From a virus (lineage: Duplodnaviria; Caudoviricetes): DNA of 43,822 bases. Shown in pieces: positions 28,068 through 37,158 of this stretch. Where the stretch lies: positions 1 through 43,822 of the IMG/VR virus record IMGVR_UViG_3300014613_000039; one strand, 5' to 3'. Both the position numbers and the translations under genes were made by a program. The notes beneath the pieces are model-generated. The model saw only the letters and a list, made by a program, of their open reading frames with translations, was not told the DNA's origin and searched no databases. Position 1 is the stretch's first letter; each line of letters begins with the position of its first letter.

Positions 28068-29525
28068 ATGTTAGAGTGGCTCGTTAGGTCGTTACAAGGT
28101 GGCGGTGGTTTTGGTGCGCTTACTCCGAATCGTTCTGCGGAGCTGATGAAGGCTATTTCTTCCGGTTATGACGTTGGTGGTACTTCGCAAACTGGTGGTG
28201 CAGCTATTCGTATCGAGAATATGGAACAGTACCTTGCGATCCTGACCGAAACCGAGCGGCAGATTACTTTCCTGAAGAATAAGAAGCTTGCTACTCCTAC
28301 GATTATGACCACGGCACATGAATACGCTAGGCGTACTGCGCTTGGTGATAGCGATAACCAGTTTCTCCTTGAAGGTGAAATGCCGGAAGAGGAAGAAGAG
28401 ACGATTGATCGATTGGTTTCGCTTTGCAAGTATCAGGGCGTCATTGGCGCACATACCATGGTTTCTGGCCTGGTGAACAACATTGTCGATCCTGAAGTTG
28501 AAACTACTGCTGCACGTACTATGTCGATGCGTAAAGTGAAAGAGCGAATGATGTTTATGGGAAATGCCAAGCTGGGCTTGAATGGTGCAGAAGGTGTTGA
28601 GCCCGATGGAATGGAAACCTATATCACCCGTGATGGTACTTCCGATCATGTGATCAATGCTTGGAATCAGCCGATTAACCAACAGCACCTCAAGAACGCT
28701 AACGCTGTCATTCGTAACTACAACGGCTTTGCTACGGACGTGATTATGCCGAATGACGTTTGGGATGACTATGCTGATGAATATATGCCGAATTTCCAGC
28801 ATCGACCCGGTGATCAAAAAGGCGGTGCGCTGAATGTTGGTTGGAAGATTACTGCTATCGAGACGGCTACTGGAAGCCTCGACTTCAACGGTCTTTGGCT
28901 GTACAGCGGTTTGACCCGTAAGACTCCGGTTACCGTTGCCAAGACTCGTGCTCCTGCTCCTGCTCCTACGGTTACGGTTGCTGCTGCTGCTACTGGTACC
29001 GGACAATGGGCGAATACGTTTGCAACCCTTGGTGGTACGCGAGAATATCGTGTTGCTCTTGGAAACCGTTTCGGTGAATCTCTTGCTGCTGTGACAGCTC
29101 CTACGTCTCTGACGTTTGCGGCTGCTGCAACTACTTCTGGTCGCGTTACGATTACCAACCCTGCTGGTGGGTATGCTGGAACACCCCCCGCTTATGCAGC
29201 TATCTACGCTCGTGATACGGCTACTGGTGGAACGGCGACAGCTTGGGGTTGTATCGGTCGCGTACCGATTACGACTATCACTGCCGGTGCAGCTTCTCTC
29301 GTTTGGGATGATGACGGTGAAGATATTCCTGGTACCTATCGTACCTGGATTCTCGAATTCGCTCCTCACGTTTTCAAGGCTCCCCAGCTTCTTCCGTTCA
29401 GCAAGATCGTACTTCCCCTGCTGACTCTGAGCAAGCGAGCGGCATACGTCAATTTCTGGTGGACAGAATCTCAGATTCCCCGCCGAATGGTGATGGTAAA
29501 GAATATCGCTCGTCGGACTGCGTAA
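28068..29525 (+). CDS. major capsid protein (SPO1/Twort-like), predicted maturation at K28|A29
   Basis: K|AISSGY.....Q.GGAAIR.E.ME, HEY, F..EG, E...F.G.A.L, E.DG, G.ATD..MP; inserted beta domain ending WDDDGEDIPGT; QLLP..K..L; KNI at the C-terminus. Confidence 0.9.
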   Translation: MLEWLVRSLQGGGGFGALTPNRSAELMKAISSGYDVGGTSQTGGAAIRIENMEQYLAILTETERQITFLKNKKLATPTIMTTAHEYARRTALGDSDNQFLLEGEMPEEEEETIDRLVSLCKYQGVIGAHTMVSGLVNNIVDPEVETTAARTMSMRKVKERMMFMGNAKLGLNGAEGVEPDGMETYITRDGTSDHVINAWNQPINQQHLKNANAVIRNYNGFATDVIMPNDVWDDYADEYMPNFQHRPGDQKGGALNVGWKITAIETATGSLDFNGLWLYSGLTRKTPVTVAKTRAPAPAPTVTVAAAATGTGQWANTFATLGGTREYRVALGNRFGESLAAVTAPTSLTFAAAATTSGRVTITNPAGGYAGTPPAYAAIYARDTATGGTATAWGCIGRVPITTITAGAASLVWDDDGEDIPGTYRTWILEFAPHVFKAPQLLPFSKIVLPLLTLSKRAAYVNFWWTESQIPRRMVMVKNIARRTA

Positions 29526-29531
29526 AAATTA

Positions 29532-30938
29532 ATGCTGCACATTGATTATTCGTCTTATCCGAGAATGGTGAAGCTGCTCGATAGTATGCCTTATCCGGCA
29601 GCTAGGTTCAATCTCGGATATCGGTTGTATCAGTTGATTACTTGGGCGCGAGAAGTTCATACCGATGCTGCTGCTACGGTAGCTTTGGCTAACGAGCTTC
29701 GTACTGATCTCAATACTGGTGGTGATCTGTTTCTTCTTCTTACCGAGTTATACGATAGGCTTCATACTACTGGTGACTATCAGGTTTTGATCTCTGCTCT
29801 CAGAGCATTGTTCATTACTGGTGGCGATCTCCAAGCTAGAATAACCGATCTTGAAGACAAAGCTTTCAATGTTATGGATTGTAATCCTGGCTGGCAGCAA
29901 GATACAATTGCTCCTACCGATTTTCAGAACGCCAATGCTATTTATGCTAATGTGAATGGTGAACAAGCTGCTATTGAAGAAAGTACATTAGGTACTGAAT
30001 TAAGAGCTAGGCTTCATACTGCTGGTGACTATCAGGTTTTGATCTCTGCTCTTCGTGGAGAATTGATTGCTGCTGGTCAAATCGCAGAGCGTTTGCAAGA
30101 TCTTGAAGATAAAGCATACAATCAGATTCTTACCGATCCTGGGTTACAGGAAGACGTTGGTGTGGCTACAAACTTTGAAAACTTGAATCAAATTGACGGT
30201 ATCGTTAATGGTCTTTATTACGCTAATCTCGTTGCTGCTGGTGCATTGAATGCGACTCCCGTTGGTTGGGATACTGGAGCTGGTCAAACTCGTTTGGTTA
30301 CTCTTTCCGTGAATAATGTTGGAACACTTACTCAAACTGTTTCTGCTATTGATGCCGCTATCGCTCCTCGTCCACCTTCAGGTGAAATGCCGATTGGTAT
30401 TGCTCATGTTCCACAAAACTTTGTCTCTGGTGTATCACAGATTGTTGCTGGTGGTGTGACGTTTACCGATGGGTTCCCACGTCGTCTTGCTGTACATACC
30501 CCTATCGCTACGGCTGATGTACTCGCTATTGCTGCTGCTGCTCCTACAGCTCCTCTCGTTGCTGCTGCTAACGCTGAAACTCCCGTTGGTTGGGATACTG
30601 GAGCAGCGGAAACCCGTTTGGTTACGCTTTCCGTGAATGCTGCTGGCGTAATCACGCAAACAGTTTCCGCTGTTGATGCTGTTATCGCTCCTCGTCCACC
30701 TTCCGGTGAATGCCCGATTGGTGTTGTTGCTGTTCCGAATAACTTCACTTCTGGTGTTTCTGCTACGGGTCTTTGTACGTTTACCGATGGATTCCCACGT
30801 CGTCTTGCTGTGCATACTCCTATCGCTACTGCTGATGTTCTTCCTATCGCAGCTTCTACCCCTGGTGCGCTTACTGCTCCAGCAGCTACAGCCGTATCGG
30901 CAACTGTTCCTGACGCTTTCCCAACAACGGATCAGTAG
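29532..30938 (+). CDS. virion decoration/fibre-like protein with internal duplications
   Basis: Directly after the capsid gene; A/T/G-rich; two coiled-coil repeats and two ~100-aa beta repeats. Confidence 0.55.
   Translation: MLHIDYSSYPRMVKLLDSMPYPAARFNLGYRLYQLITWAREVHTDAAATVALANELRTDLNTGGDLFLLLTELYDRLHTTGDYQVLISALRALFITGGDLQARITDLEDKAFNVMDCNPGWQQDTIAPTDFQNANAIYANVNGEQAAIEESTLGTELRARLHTAGDYQVLISALRGELIAAGQIAERLQDLEDKAYNQILTDPGLQEDVGVATNFENLNQIDGIVNGLYYANLVAAGALNATPVGWDTGAGQTRLVTLSVNNVGTLTQTVSAIDAAIAPRPPSGEMPIGIAHVPQNFVSGVSQIVAGGVTFTDGFPRRLAVHTPIATADVLAIAAAAPTAPLVAAANAETPVGWDTGAAETRLVTLSVNAAGVITQTVSAVDAVIAPRPPSGECPIGVVAVPNNFTSGVSATGLCTFTDGFPRRLAVHTPIATADVLPIAASTPGALTAPAATAVSATVPDAFPTTDQ
29756..30860 (+). 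repeat. intragenic duplications: unit A at ~29756 and ~30008; unit B at ~30255 and ~30579
   Basis: RLHT(T/A)GDYQVLISALR...DLEDKA(F/Y)N x2; TPVGWDTGA...TFTDGFPRRLAVHTPIATADVL x2. Confidence 0.9.
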
Positions 30939-30940
30939 TA

Positions 30941-31567
30941 ATGCTTGTTATTAAGTGTAAATACCCTAATCTCGCTTGCTTTAATACTCCTACAGGATTG
31001 ACTGTTTGTGGTGTTCCTTGTGTTCTTCAATTCAGTAATGGGTATGCTCCTATTCCTGCTAAGTTTGATGAGAAAGAATTTGTTGCTAGTATTCGTAGAG
31101 ACTACTCGAATATGTTTGAAGTTGTAGAAAGTAACGATTGTACTAAAGCGGAAGTGGAAGTTATCTTAGTTGAAGAAGCCTCAGAAGAAGAGGTAGAAGA
31201 AGTTGAACCTAAGAAATCTATTGAAGATGCTTTCAACGCTGCCCTTGGTGGAGAAGTTGAGGAAGTATCAGAAGAGGAAGCGATTGAAGAGATTGTTGGT
31301 GAAAGCGAAGAAGATGAAGATGAAGAATCTGATCCTGACGAGAAAGTAGATATTGATGATATAATCGAAGCTGTAGCTGAATGCAGCACCACAGATAAGG
31401 TGCTTGGTATTCTTTTGGATCAATTCGATTTCGAGGAAGACAAAGAGTCTTTGTTAGAGAATCTGGTTATTCTTCGTGATAGTGATCGTGTCGATGCACT
31501 TTTCGGTAAAAGTGACAAGCTACTCAAAGCTAGGGTGAATGTTGTTCTCAAAAAGAGGAATGACTAA
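30941..31567 (+). CDS. acidic hypothetical protein in the head-neck region
   Basis: 208-aa ORF with E/D-rich centre, tightly packed after the previous gene. Confidence 0.65.
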   Translation: MLVIKCKYPNLACFNTPTGLTVCGVPCVLQFSNGYAPIPAKFDEKEFVASIRRDYSNMFEVVESNDCTKAEVEVILVEEASEEEVEEVEPKKSIEDAFNAALGGEVEEVSEEEAIEEIVGESEEDEDEESDPDEKVDIDDIIEAVAECSTTDKVLGILLDQFDFEEDKESLLENLVILRDSDRVDALFGKSDKLLKARVNVVLKKRND

Positions 31568-31595
31568 AAAGCAACAACGATAGGAGGTTTTTTCA

Positions 31596-32408
31596 TTGCG
31601 AGTAAAAGACCTAGATGATCAATGGCTTTTGAAAACACATTTTTTCGGTATCTACAAAAAGAAGAATGATCGACTTGTTTTAGAAAACCCAAACGTAGCT
31701 GATGACATCTTTGAACCTTCTGTAATCAGAGATGAGATTCAAGCTGCTATTGGACGTGTTCAGAAGTTGATCAATGCTGATATTAAATTGAAAGAGCACA
31801 TTGTTGAGTATCACGATTACAATATGGATGATGCTATGCAGTATTTCTATGTACAGCCACGGCATTATCCTGTCATTACTGTACATTCGATGAAGTTGAA
31901 GTATGGAGAACAAGGAGCGGAAATCTTGGAATTTCCCTCTGAGTATATTCAGATCAAGCCTGGAACTAATGATGGTTTGATTCAAGTTCTTCCGAGACTT
32001 GGTTCAGCTATGACACTGAGTATGGACCCTGGTTTAGCCTTCTTCGTAGGAATGTTCGATTCCTACAGCGCACCATCAATGATTGAGCTTGAATATGATG
32101 CTGGTTTAGAAGGTCTACCTGATGAGCTAGACGCTGATATGACAAAGGTAATAGGGATGCTTGCTAGCATTCATCTATTCAACGTATGGGGTGACATTAT
32201 CATTGCGCCAGGTGTTGCTAACTTTTCAATGGGTTTCGATGGTATCAGTACGTCTATTGGTACTACGTTATCGGCTGAAAATGCTGCCTTCTCTGCTCGT
32301 GTAAGAGAGTATGAGCGGGAACTATACGGCCAAAGTATGACGGGTGTTCCTGGTTTGATCTCTACTCTCGTGAAGAAGTATCAGCGAATAATTGTAGGTA
32401 CGTTGTAG
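31596..32408 (+). CDS. head-tail adaptor (neck) protein
   Basis: E.HDY, G.IQV.P, AP.MI.LEY.AG and WGDIII.PGVAN.S...DGIS.SI.TT.SA resemble SPO1/Twort-like adaptors; gene order fits. Confidence 0.72.
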   Translation: MRVKDLDDQWLLKTHFFGIYKKKNDRLVLENPNVADDIFEPSVIRDEIQAAIGRVQKLINADIKLKEHIVEYHDYNMDDAMQYFYVQPRHYPVITVHSMKLKYGEQGAEILEFPSEYIQIKPGTNDGLIQVLPRLGSAMTLSMDPGLAFFVGMFDSYSAPSMIELEYDAGLEGLPDELDADMTKVIGMLASIHLFNVWGDIIIAPGVANFSMGFDGISTSIGTTLSAENAAFSARVREYERELYGQSMTGVPGLISTLVKKYQRIIVGTL

Positions 32409-32420
32409 CAGAGAAAGAGC

Positions 32421-32547
32421 GGGTTACTCCGCTCTGTTGAGGCTCAAACTTTCAGTCTTAGTAGTTATGCTTTAGATTCTTCGCCCCCCGGAATTGAGGG
32501 CACTACGAAAAGGTGTCTGTTTGAGTCTCACCAGAGCGGGATAATCC
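32421..32547 (+). ncRNA. candidate structured RNA in the neck-region intergenic gap
   Basis: About 27-bp outer stem: GGGTTA/TAATCC, CCGCTCTG/CAGAGCGG and TGAGGCTCAAAC/GTTTGAGTCTCA (one G.U); inner pairings GTAGT/ACTAC and GCCC/GGGC. Confidence 0.55.
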
Positions 32548-32560
32548 TAGGAGGTTACTT

Positions 32561-33346
32561 TTGAGTAGTAAAGGACCATTAAAGACTTTGGAGGAAAAGC
32601 CTTTACAGGTTCTACCTCCGAATTACTTGAAGCTGATTCACCCCATTCTTGGGTACATGAACACTATGATTCAACAAAGGGGTTCCAGAGCTATACTCTA
32701 CCATTCAACTCCTTGCCCTTGCGTTGATGTTAGTGAATATGGTGGAACAGGCCAACCAGCTTCCGATTGTGTTTCTTGCGGAGGTTTCGGACTGTACTTT
32801 TTACATGAAGACCCTCACGAGTTACGAGTCTTGGTGAGTGGTCTAGATGCTAAGGAAGCTAATGTTAGAGCTGGTACTGTTGGCATTGGTACTGTTCGTA
32901 TTACAATGCCACCTGGATACTATGTTGGTGGTGGGGACAAATTCGTATTCCCTGATTCAAGAGTAATTGTTCCCACCATACGTATTTTCAAAAAGGTCGA
33001 TGGGTACATCAGCCTTCCGTTCGATGCCGTAGACATTGAGAGTGCTGTTACGAAATCGAGAGAACCTAGAGATCCTGTAGTAATTCTCGAAAGAGGCAAA
33101 GATTACGGGTTGGATAGGAAGAATCGTAGACTGGTGATTAATGATCAAGGTGCTGTGCATGATGGGATGGTCGTATCTTTTTCTTCCGTGGTAATTCCTG
33201 AGTACATTGTGAGTGATGTAACCAGCGTGGATCGTCAATTCTTGACCGATACGGACGATAGCAAGGCTTTGGTTACCAGGCTACCTAAGAACGTAATGGC
33301 TGAACGGGCTGATTTGTTCTTCGATACAGGTGCCCAACGTGGCTAA
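32561..33346 (+). CDS. neck / head-closure protein
   Basis: CPC......GQP...CVSCGG.G zinc-like motif typical of this position in SPO1/Twort-like phages. Confidence 0.68.
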   Translation: MSSKGPLKTLEEKPLQVLPPNYLKLIHPILGYMNTMIQQRGSRAILYHSTPCPCVDVSEYGGTGQPASDCVSCGGFGLYFLHEDPHELRVLVSGLDAKEANVRAGTVGIGTVRITMPPGYYVGGGDKFVFPDSRVIVPTIRIFKKVDGYISLPFDAVDIESAVTKSREPRDPVVILERGKDYGLDRKNRRLVINDQGAVHDGMVVSFSSVVIPEYIVSDVTSVDRQFLTDTDDSKALVTRLPKNVMAERADLFFDTGAQRG

Positions 33347-33797
33347 GGTATTCATTCGATCCAATAGGTCAGCTTCGTTAGCTCGTGTAATCAGAGGAAA
33401 AGCTCAACATGCTAGATCGATGATCAGCTTTTGGATCTCTGATTATTGGCAAGAGCAAGTAATGAACACCGGAAGAATTTCGGTTCGTGCAAAAGCTAGG
33501 TATCTCTCAGCTATCCAACCTTATAGAGATCCCAAAGCTGGAGCCTACATTACGGACAAGATCGCTATCCTACTTGAAAAAGGTTGGGGTAGGTTCGATA
33601 TGAAACCCGGTTTGCTGAAAGGTCTTCGCTGGCGAGTAATACCTCTTCGTATTGCTGGGCAAGTACAGTTTCGTACTGTATCGGAGAATTCAAAAGGATG
33701 GATTCACCCCGGTTATGGTGGGGCTCATGTAATGCATAGGGTTGAAAGAGAGGTACCTAAAATTGTACAGAGAATTCTGCAAAAGGCTTTGAAATGA
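33330..33797 (+). CDS. tail completion / neck protein
   Basis: LEKG...FDMKPGLL, IPLR, FRTVSENS.GWIHPG; basic; gene order. Confidence 0.62.
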   Translation: MPNVAKVFIRSNRSASLARVIRGKAQHARSMISFWISDYWQEQVMNTGRISVRAKARYLSAIQPYRDPKAGAYITDKIAILLEKGWGRFDMKPGLLKGLRWRVIPLRIAGQVQFRTVSENSKGWIHPGYGGAHVMHRVEREVPKIVQRILQKALK

Positions 33798-34771
33798 CGA
33801 GCGCATATGTAAAGCCTCAAAGAGATAATGTTGGCTTAGTATTTCCTGAAATGCTGATTCACAGTGTTTTACGAGATATGCAAGAAAAGCTAGCGTTGGG
33901 TAAATATGGAGATGGGAATAGAGAGGAACCTATCGTACAACAGTTTAGGGGTATCTCTGAACGAACGATAGAAGGGCTTTTCAACTCGTTGCGAAAACCT
34001 CGACAGCCGAAACTGTCTTTGGCTTTTCCTACGGGAAGAGAAGCGCATATGCTTCCTTGGATTTCGATTATCCCAGAAGGTATGAGTGAATACCAAGTTG
34101 TGTTGAATGATGCCGGGGAGGATATCGCTTTCCAGGCTGAAGCTGTAGAAGAAACTACAACATTAGCTCCGTTGAGTGGTGTTGTAGCTGGTGAAACAGA
34201 GTTTCAGTTTCCTCAGAGAAATATAGATGCTCAATCTACTTATGAGTCTATATACATCGTTCGTGGAGGGGAAAACATTCCTCTCAACTGGATTGATGAT
34301 GATTTCACAGTAGATGCCGCTACCGGAGTTGTTACGCTAGCAGCAGCTCTGATAGCTGGTGATTCATTAGTTTGTACAGAGTATATCTACTATGGTCTTG
34401 AAGGCGGAACAGTAGTTACTAGCTTCAACGAATTCAACCATGTGATTTTTGTCGATACGCTCAATCCATTACTTACTCACTTTTTGGTGGGTTTGGTTTG
34501 GAGAGAGCTGATGATCAATAGAGTAGTAATGCAGCAGAACGGACTAGATGATATTCGTATCTCTAGACGCTCTCTTAGCCTCTGGGATGCTTCCGTACCA
34601 GCTATCGGGTTCAGGGCTGAGGTAGTGGTATCCGGTAAGACTGAATGGACAGCATATTCTAGAGTAGTAAGAAATAAGTTGCTGTATAATGAAATTGATG
34701 ATGCTAGCGGAGATTTCTCCACAGAAACCGGACCTGATTCCGTTGTAGCTATTTCTGTAGAAGAAGAGTAA
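33794..34771 (+). CDS. tail terminator-like protein with inserted beta domain
   Basis: Immediately precedes the sheath gene; insertion FQFP.....DFTVDAATGVVTL....GD. Confidence 0.55.
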   Translation: MTSAYVKPQRDNVGLVFPEMLIHSVLRDMQEKLALGKYGDGNREEPIVQQFRGISERTIEGLFNSLRKPRQPKLSLAFPTGREAHMLPWISIIPEGMSEYQVVLNDAGEDIAFQAEAVEETTTLAPLSGVVAGETEFQFPQRNIDAQSTYESIYIVRGGENIPLNWIDDDFTVDAATGVVTLAAALIAGDSLVCTEYIYYGLEGGTVVTSFNEFNHVIFVDTLNPLLTHFLVGLVWRELMINRVVMQQNGLDDIRISRRSLSLWDASVPAIGFRAEVVVSGKTEWTAYSRVVRNKLLYNEIDDASGDFSTETGPDSVVAISVEEE

Positions 34772-34791
34772 GGCTAGGAGGTTAGGCTAGT

Positions 34792-36672
34792 TTGCCGAAA
34801 TCCATTAGATTCAAAGGTGCGTCCGTATATCGTCCTGGTGTTATCACATTTCACAACTTAGATGATTTACTGAACAAGGATCTATCTTCTGAAGCTGCTG
34901 TACTAGTCATTGGTGAAGCTGCTGCTGGACAGCCACAGGCTTCAGTAACGGCACCTGTAGTACATACGTTTCAAAGTTCTGATGCTATGATCGATACATT
35001 TATTTCTGGTAATTTGGCCGAAACAGCTAAGTTCCTTTTCGATCCAGCCAAAGCTGGTCAATATGCTAGAGGTGGCGTTCCAATCAAAGGGTGCGATACA
35101 GTGTATGCGATCAAGACGAACCTTTCTCTTCAGGCTTCGTTTAGTGTTCGTGATTCCTATCCTGGCGGAAACGTAGCTTTTACGGTAGAGGATCGTATTT
35201 GGGGTGCTTTGGGTAACCAAACGTACATCAATATTTCTGCTGTAGCTACTGGTTTGAAGTTCGTTGCTGGAAGGGCTACAGCTCCGAATGTGGGATCGCA
35301 AGATTCCGATGATACTGGACAGCGTTTCTCGATTACAGGTACCGATGAATGGATGAGTGTTGTCTATACTGGTGGTGCTGTTGCGGCGACAATGACGTTC
35401 AACGGTACTACTTGGAGCACAACTACAACTGGAAACGTGGATGACATTTCGATTATCGGAACGGGTCTTACTCTCACAGAGCTTGCTAATCTGATCAGCA
35501 CAACCGCTGGTGGTGCTGGTGGTACGTATGCCGCTACGGTGCTACGTGCAGATCGAGCCAATGTCGTTTGTACGTATATGGATCGTTGTACGGCTGTAGA
35601 CATCAAAGGTCCAGCTCCAGCGGCTCCGAATACTTGGGGTGTTTCGTATGATATGGTTACCTGGATCAATTCTAATTGTGACTATGTTTCGGCAACGTGG
35701 GTTGCTGGGTATGAGCCTGCTGTCAATGCAGCTAACGCTTATCTGACTGGTGGTGCTATTGGTGATTCTAGCTCAGACCGCATTACGTATGCCTTGCAGA
35801 TAGCTTCTCGTCTCGGTATTCGTCATGTGGTGAGTGGTTTCGACTCTGATAGCGTTGGTGGGGCTGTAGCTTTAGCTACCATCAATCCTTTGTTCACTAC
35901 CCATGCGACGAATTGCAACAGAATTGGTTCTATTCGAGAAAGGCATGTGTATATTTCTGTTGATGATGCTACAAAGGCTGCGATGTATACTACATTAGCT
36001 GCGATCAATAATGAGAACGTAACAGCTTTCAACAATCGTCTCTATCGAGAAGGACCGGCAGATACGAAGGTTTGGATGAATCCTCATGTTTCGGCTGCTG
36101 CTGTTGCGGCAATGTGCGCTGGTAGCCCTAGAGCTACACCAATGCTTTGGAAGGTAATCAATGCTAGCGACACTGATTTCATCGCAACAGATTTCGATCC
36201 TACGAATGACACTGATTTCGCTAATGGCATCAAGAATGGTCTTTGTTTCTTTGAAATCGATCCTGATGATGGCGGTATTCGAGTAGCCAAAGGAATTACC
36301 ACGTATTCTTCTGAAGACAATGATGGTCGCATTATGATGGAAACTGTTCATGCTCGAATGTGGCACAAGATCCTTCTTCGCCGTTTCCAGAAGAGGGTAA
36401 TTGGTCAAAAGAGTGCTGGTGTGCTTACTGGTGACGAAATTTTGGATATTACGAAAGACGCGCATAGGTTGATGGCTGATCCTAGCGATCCTGATTTCTT
36501 ACTCGTAGCTGGTACAGATGAGGATGGAAACTATGTTCCAGCTTATCAGAATTTGACTGTTACATCTTCAGGAGGAGCTTTTTACGTTACTGGTCAGGTT
36601 CACTTCACCACAGGTGTTACGTGGATCTTCAACGACATTGCCGGTTTGATGCCAACCTCGTTTAGTGCATAG
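34792..36672 (+). CDS. tail sheath protein
   Basis: 626 aa; YRPGV N-terminus, IGEA..GQP, YLTGG..G, AA.VAA...G....P..WK.I, RVAKGITT; precedes the tube gene. Confidence 0.88.
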   Translation: MPKSIRFKGASVYRPGVITFHNLDDLLNKDLSSEAAVLVIGEAAAGQPQASVTAPVVHTFQSSDAMIDTFISGNLAETAKFLFDPAKAGQYARGGVPIKGCDTVYAIKTNLSLQASFSVRDSYPGGNVAFTVEDRIWGALGNQTYINISAVATGLKFVAGRATAPNVGSQDSDDTGQRFSITGTDEWMSVVYTGGAVAATMTFNGTTWSTTTTGNVDDISIIGTGLTLTELANLISTTAGGAGGTYAATVLRADRANVVCTYMDRCTAVDIKGPAPAAPNTWGVSYDMVTWINSNCDYVSATWVAGYEPAVNAANAYLTGGAIGDSSSDRITYALQIASRLGIRHVVSGFDSDSVGGAVALATINPLFTTHATNCNRIGSIRERHVYISVDDATKAAMYTTLAAINNENVTAFNNRLYREGPADTKVWMNPHVSAAAVAAMCAGSPRATPMLWKVINASDTDFIATDFDPTNDTDFANGIKNGLCFFEIDPDDGGIRVAKGITTYSSEDNDGRIMMETVHARMWHKILLRRFQKRVIGQKSAGVLTGDEILDITKDAHRLMADPSDPDFLLVAGTDEDGNYVPAYQNLTVTSSGGAFYVTGQVHFTTGVTWIFNDIAGLMPTSFSA

Positions 36673-36689
36673 GAATAGGAGTATAGACT

Positions 36690-37142
36690 ATGGCTACAGG
36701 TAACAAGGTCGTTACTGGCGCTAGGGCTGCTGTATACGCGAATGGTCAAAAGGTAGGAGTGGCTACTGGTGTTGATGTCAGTGATTCGATTCGACAGGAA
36801 CCGTTGCGGGTATTAGATATGCTGACTCCTGACGGTTTCGCAACTGTAGGGTTGGAAGTGAATGTACGTTTCAGTAGACTACGTATTCCGAATGAGAGTT
36901 TTACAACTCTTAATTTCTGGCCACAGGTAGATGATGATCAAGATGTTTTGAAAGCTCAGATTCTTGATTTTCCTGAATTGACTTTCCGTGTCAGGGATTC
37001 CAAGACTGGTACAACTTTATGTACGGTAAAGGGAGCTGTTCCTAGCCAAAGAAACATTCGTTTTCAACCTGGAGCTGTTGTTGTAGAAGATGGTCAATTC
37101 CCGGCTTTGATTTGCGGTGATGAAGGTAGTCCACAGTTTTAG
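36690..37142 (+). CDS. tail tube protein
   Basis: 150 aa after the sheath; V.TGARA.VYANG.KVG.ATGV, EP..VL, F...D..TG......G. Confidence 0.82.
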   Translation: MATGNKVVTGARAAVYANGQKVGVATGVDVSDSIRQEPLRVLDMLTPDGFATVGLEVNVRFSRLRIPNESFTTLNFWPQVDDDQDVLKAQILDFPELTFRVRDSKTGTTLCTVKGAVPSQRNIRFQPGAVVVEDGQFPALICGDEGSPQF

Positions 37143-37158
37143 CAATTAACAGAAAGGG

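Noticed and set aside
28092-29369. 425-aa minus-strand ORF and the many other minus-strand or alternate-frame ORFs
   Set aside because: They are shadows of well-supported plus-strand genes, with S/R/F-biased composition and no recognisable motifs.
29756-30860. Repeat pairs as DGR template/variable regions
   Set aside because: Differences are not adenine-specific, both copies are in-frame coding, and no reverse transcriptase is in the window.
32409-32560. Intergenic structure as a tRNA, CRISPR repeat or simple terminator
   Set aside because: No TTC-loop cloverleaf or CCA, no spaced repeat array, and no U-tract after the stems.
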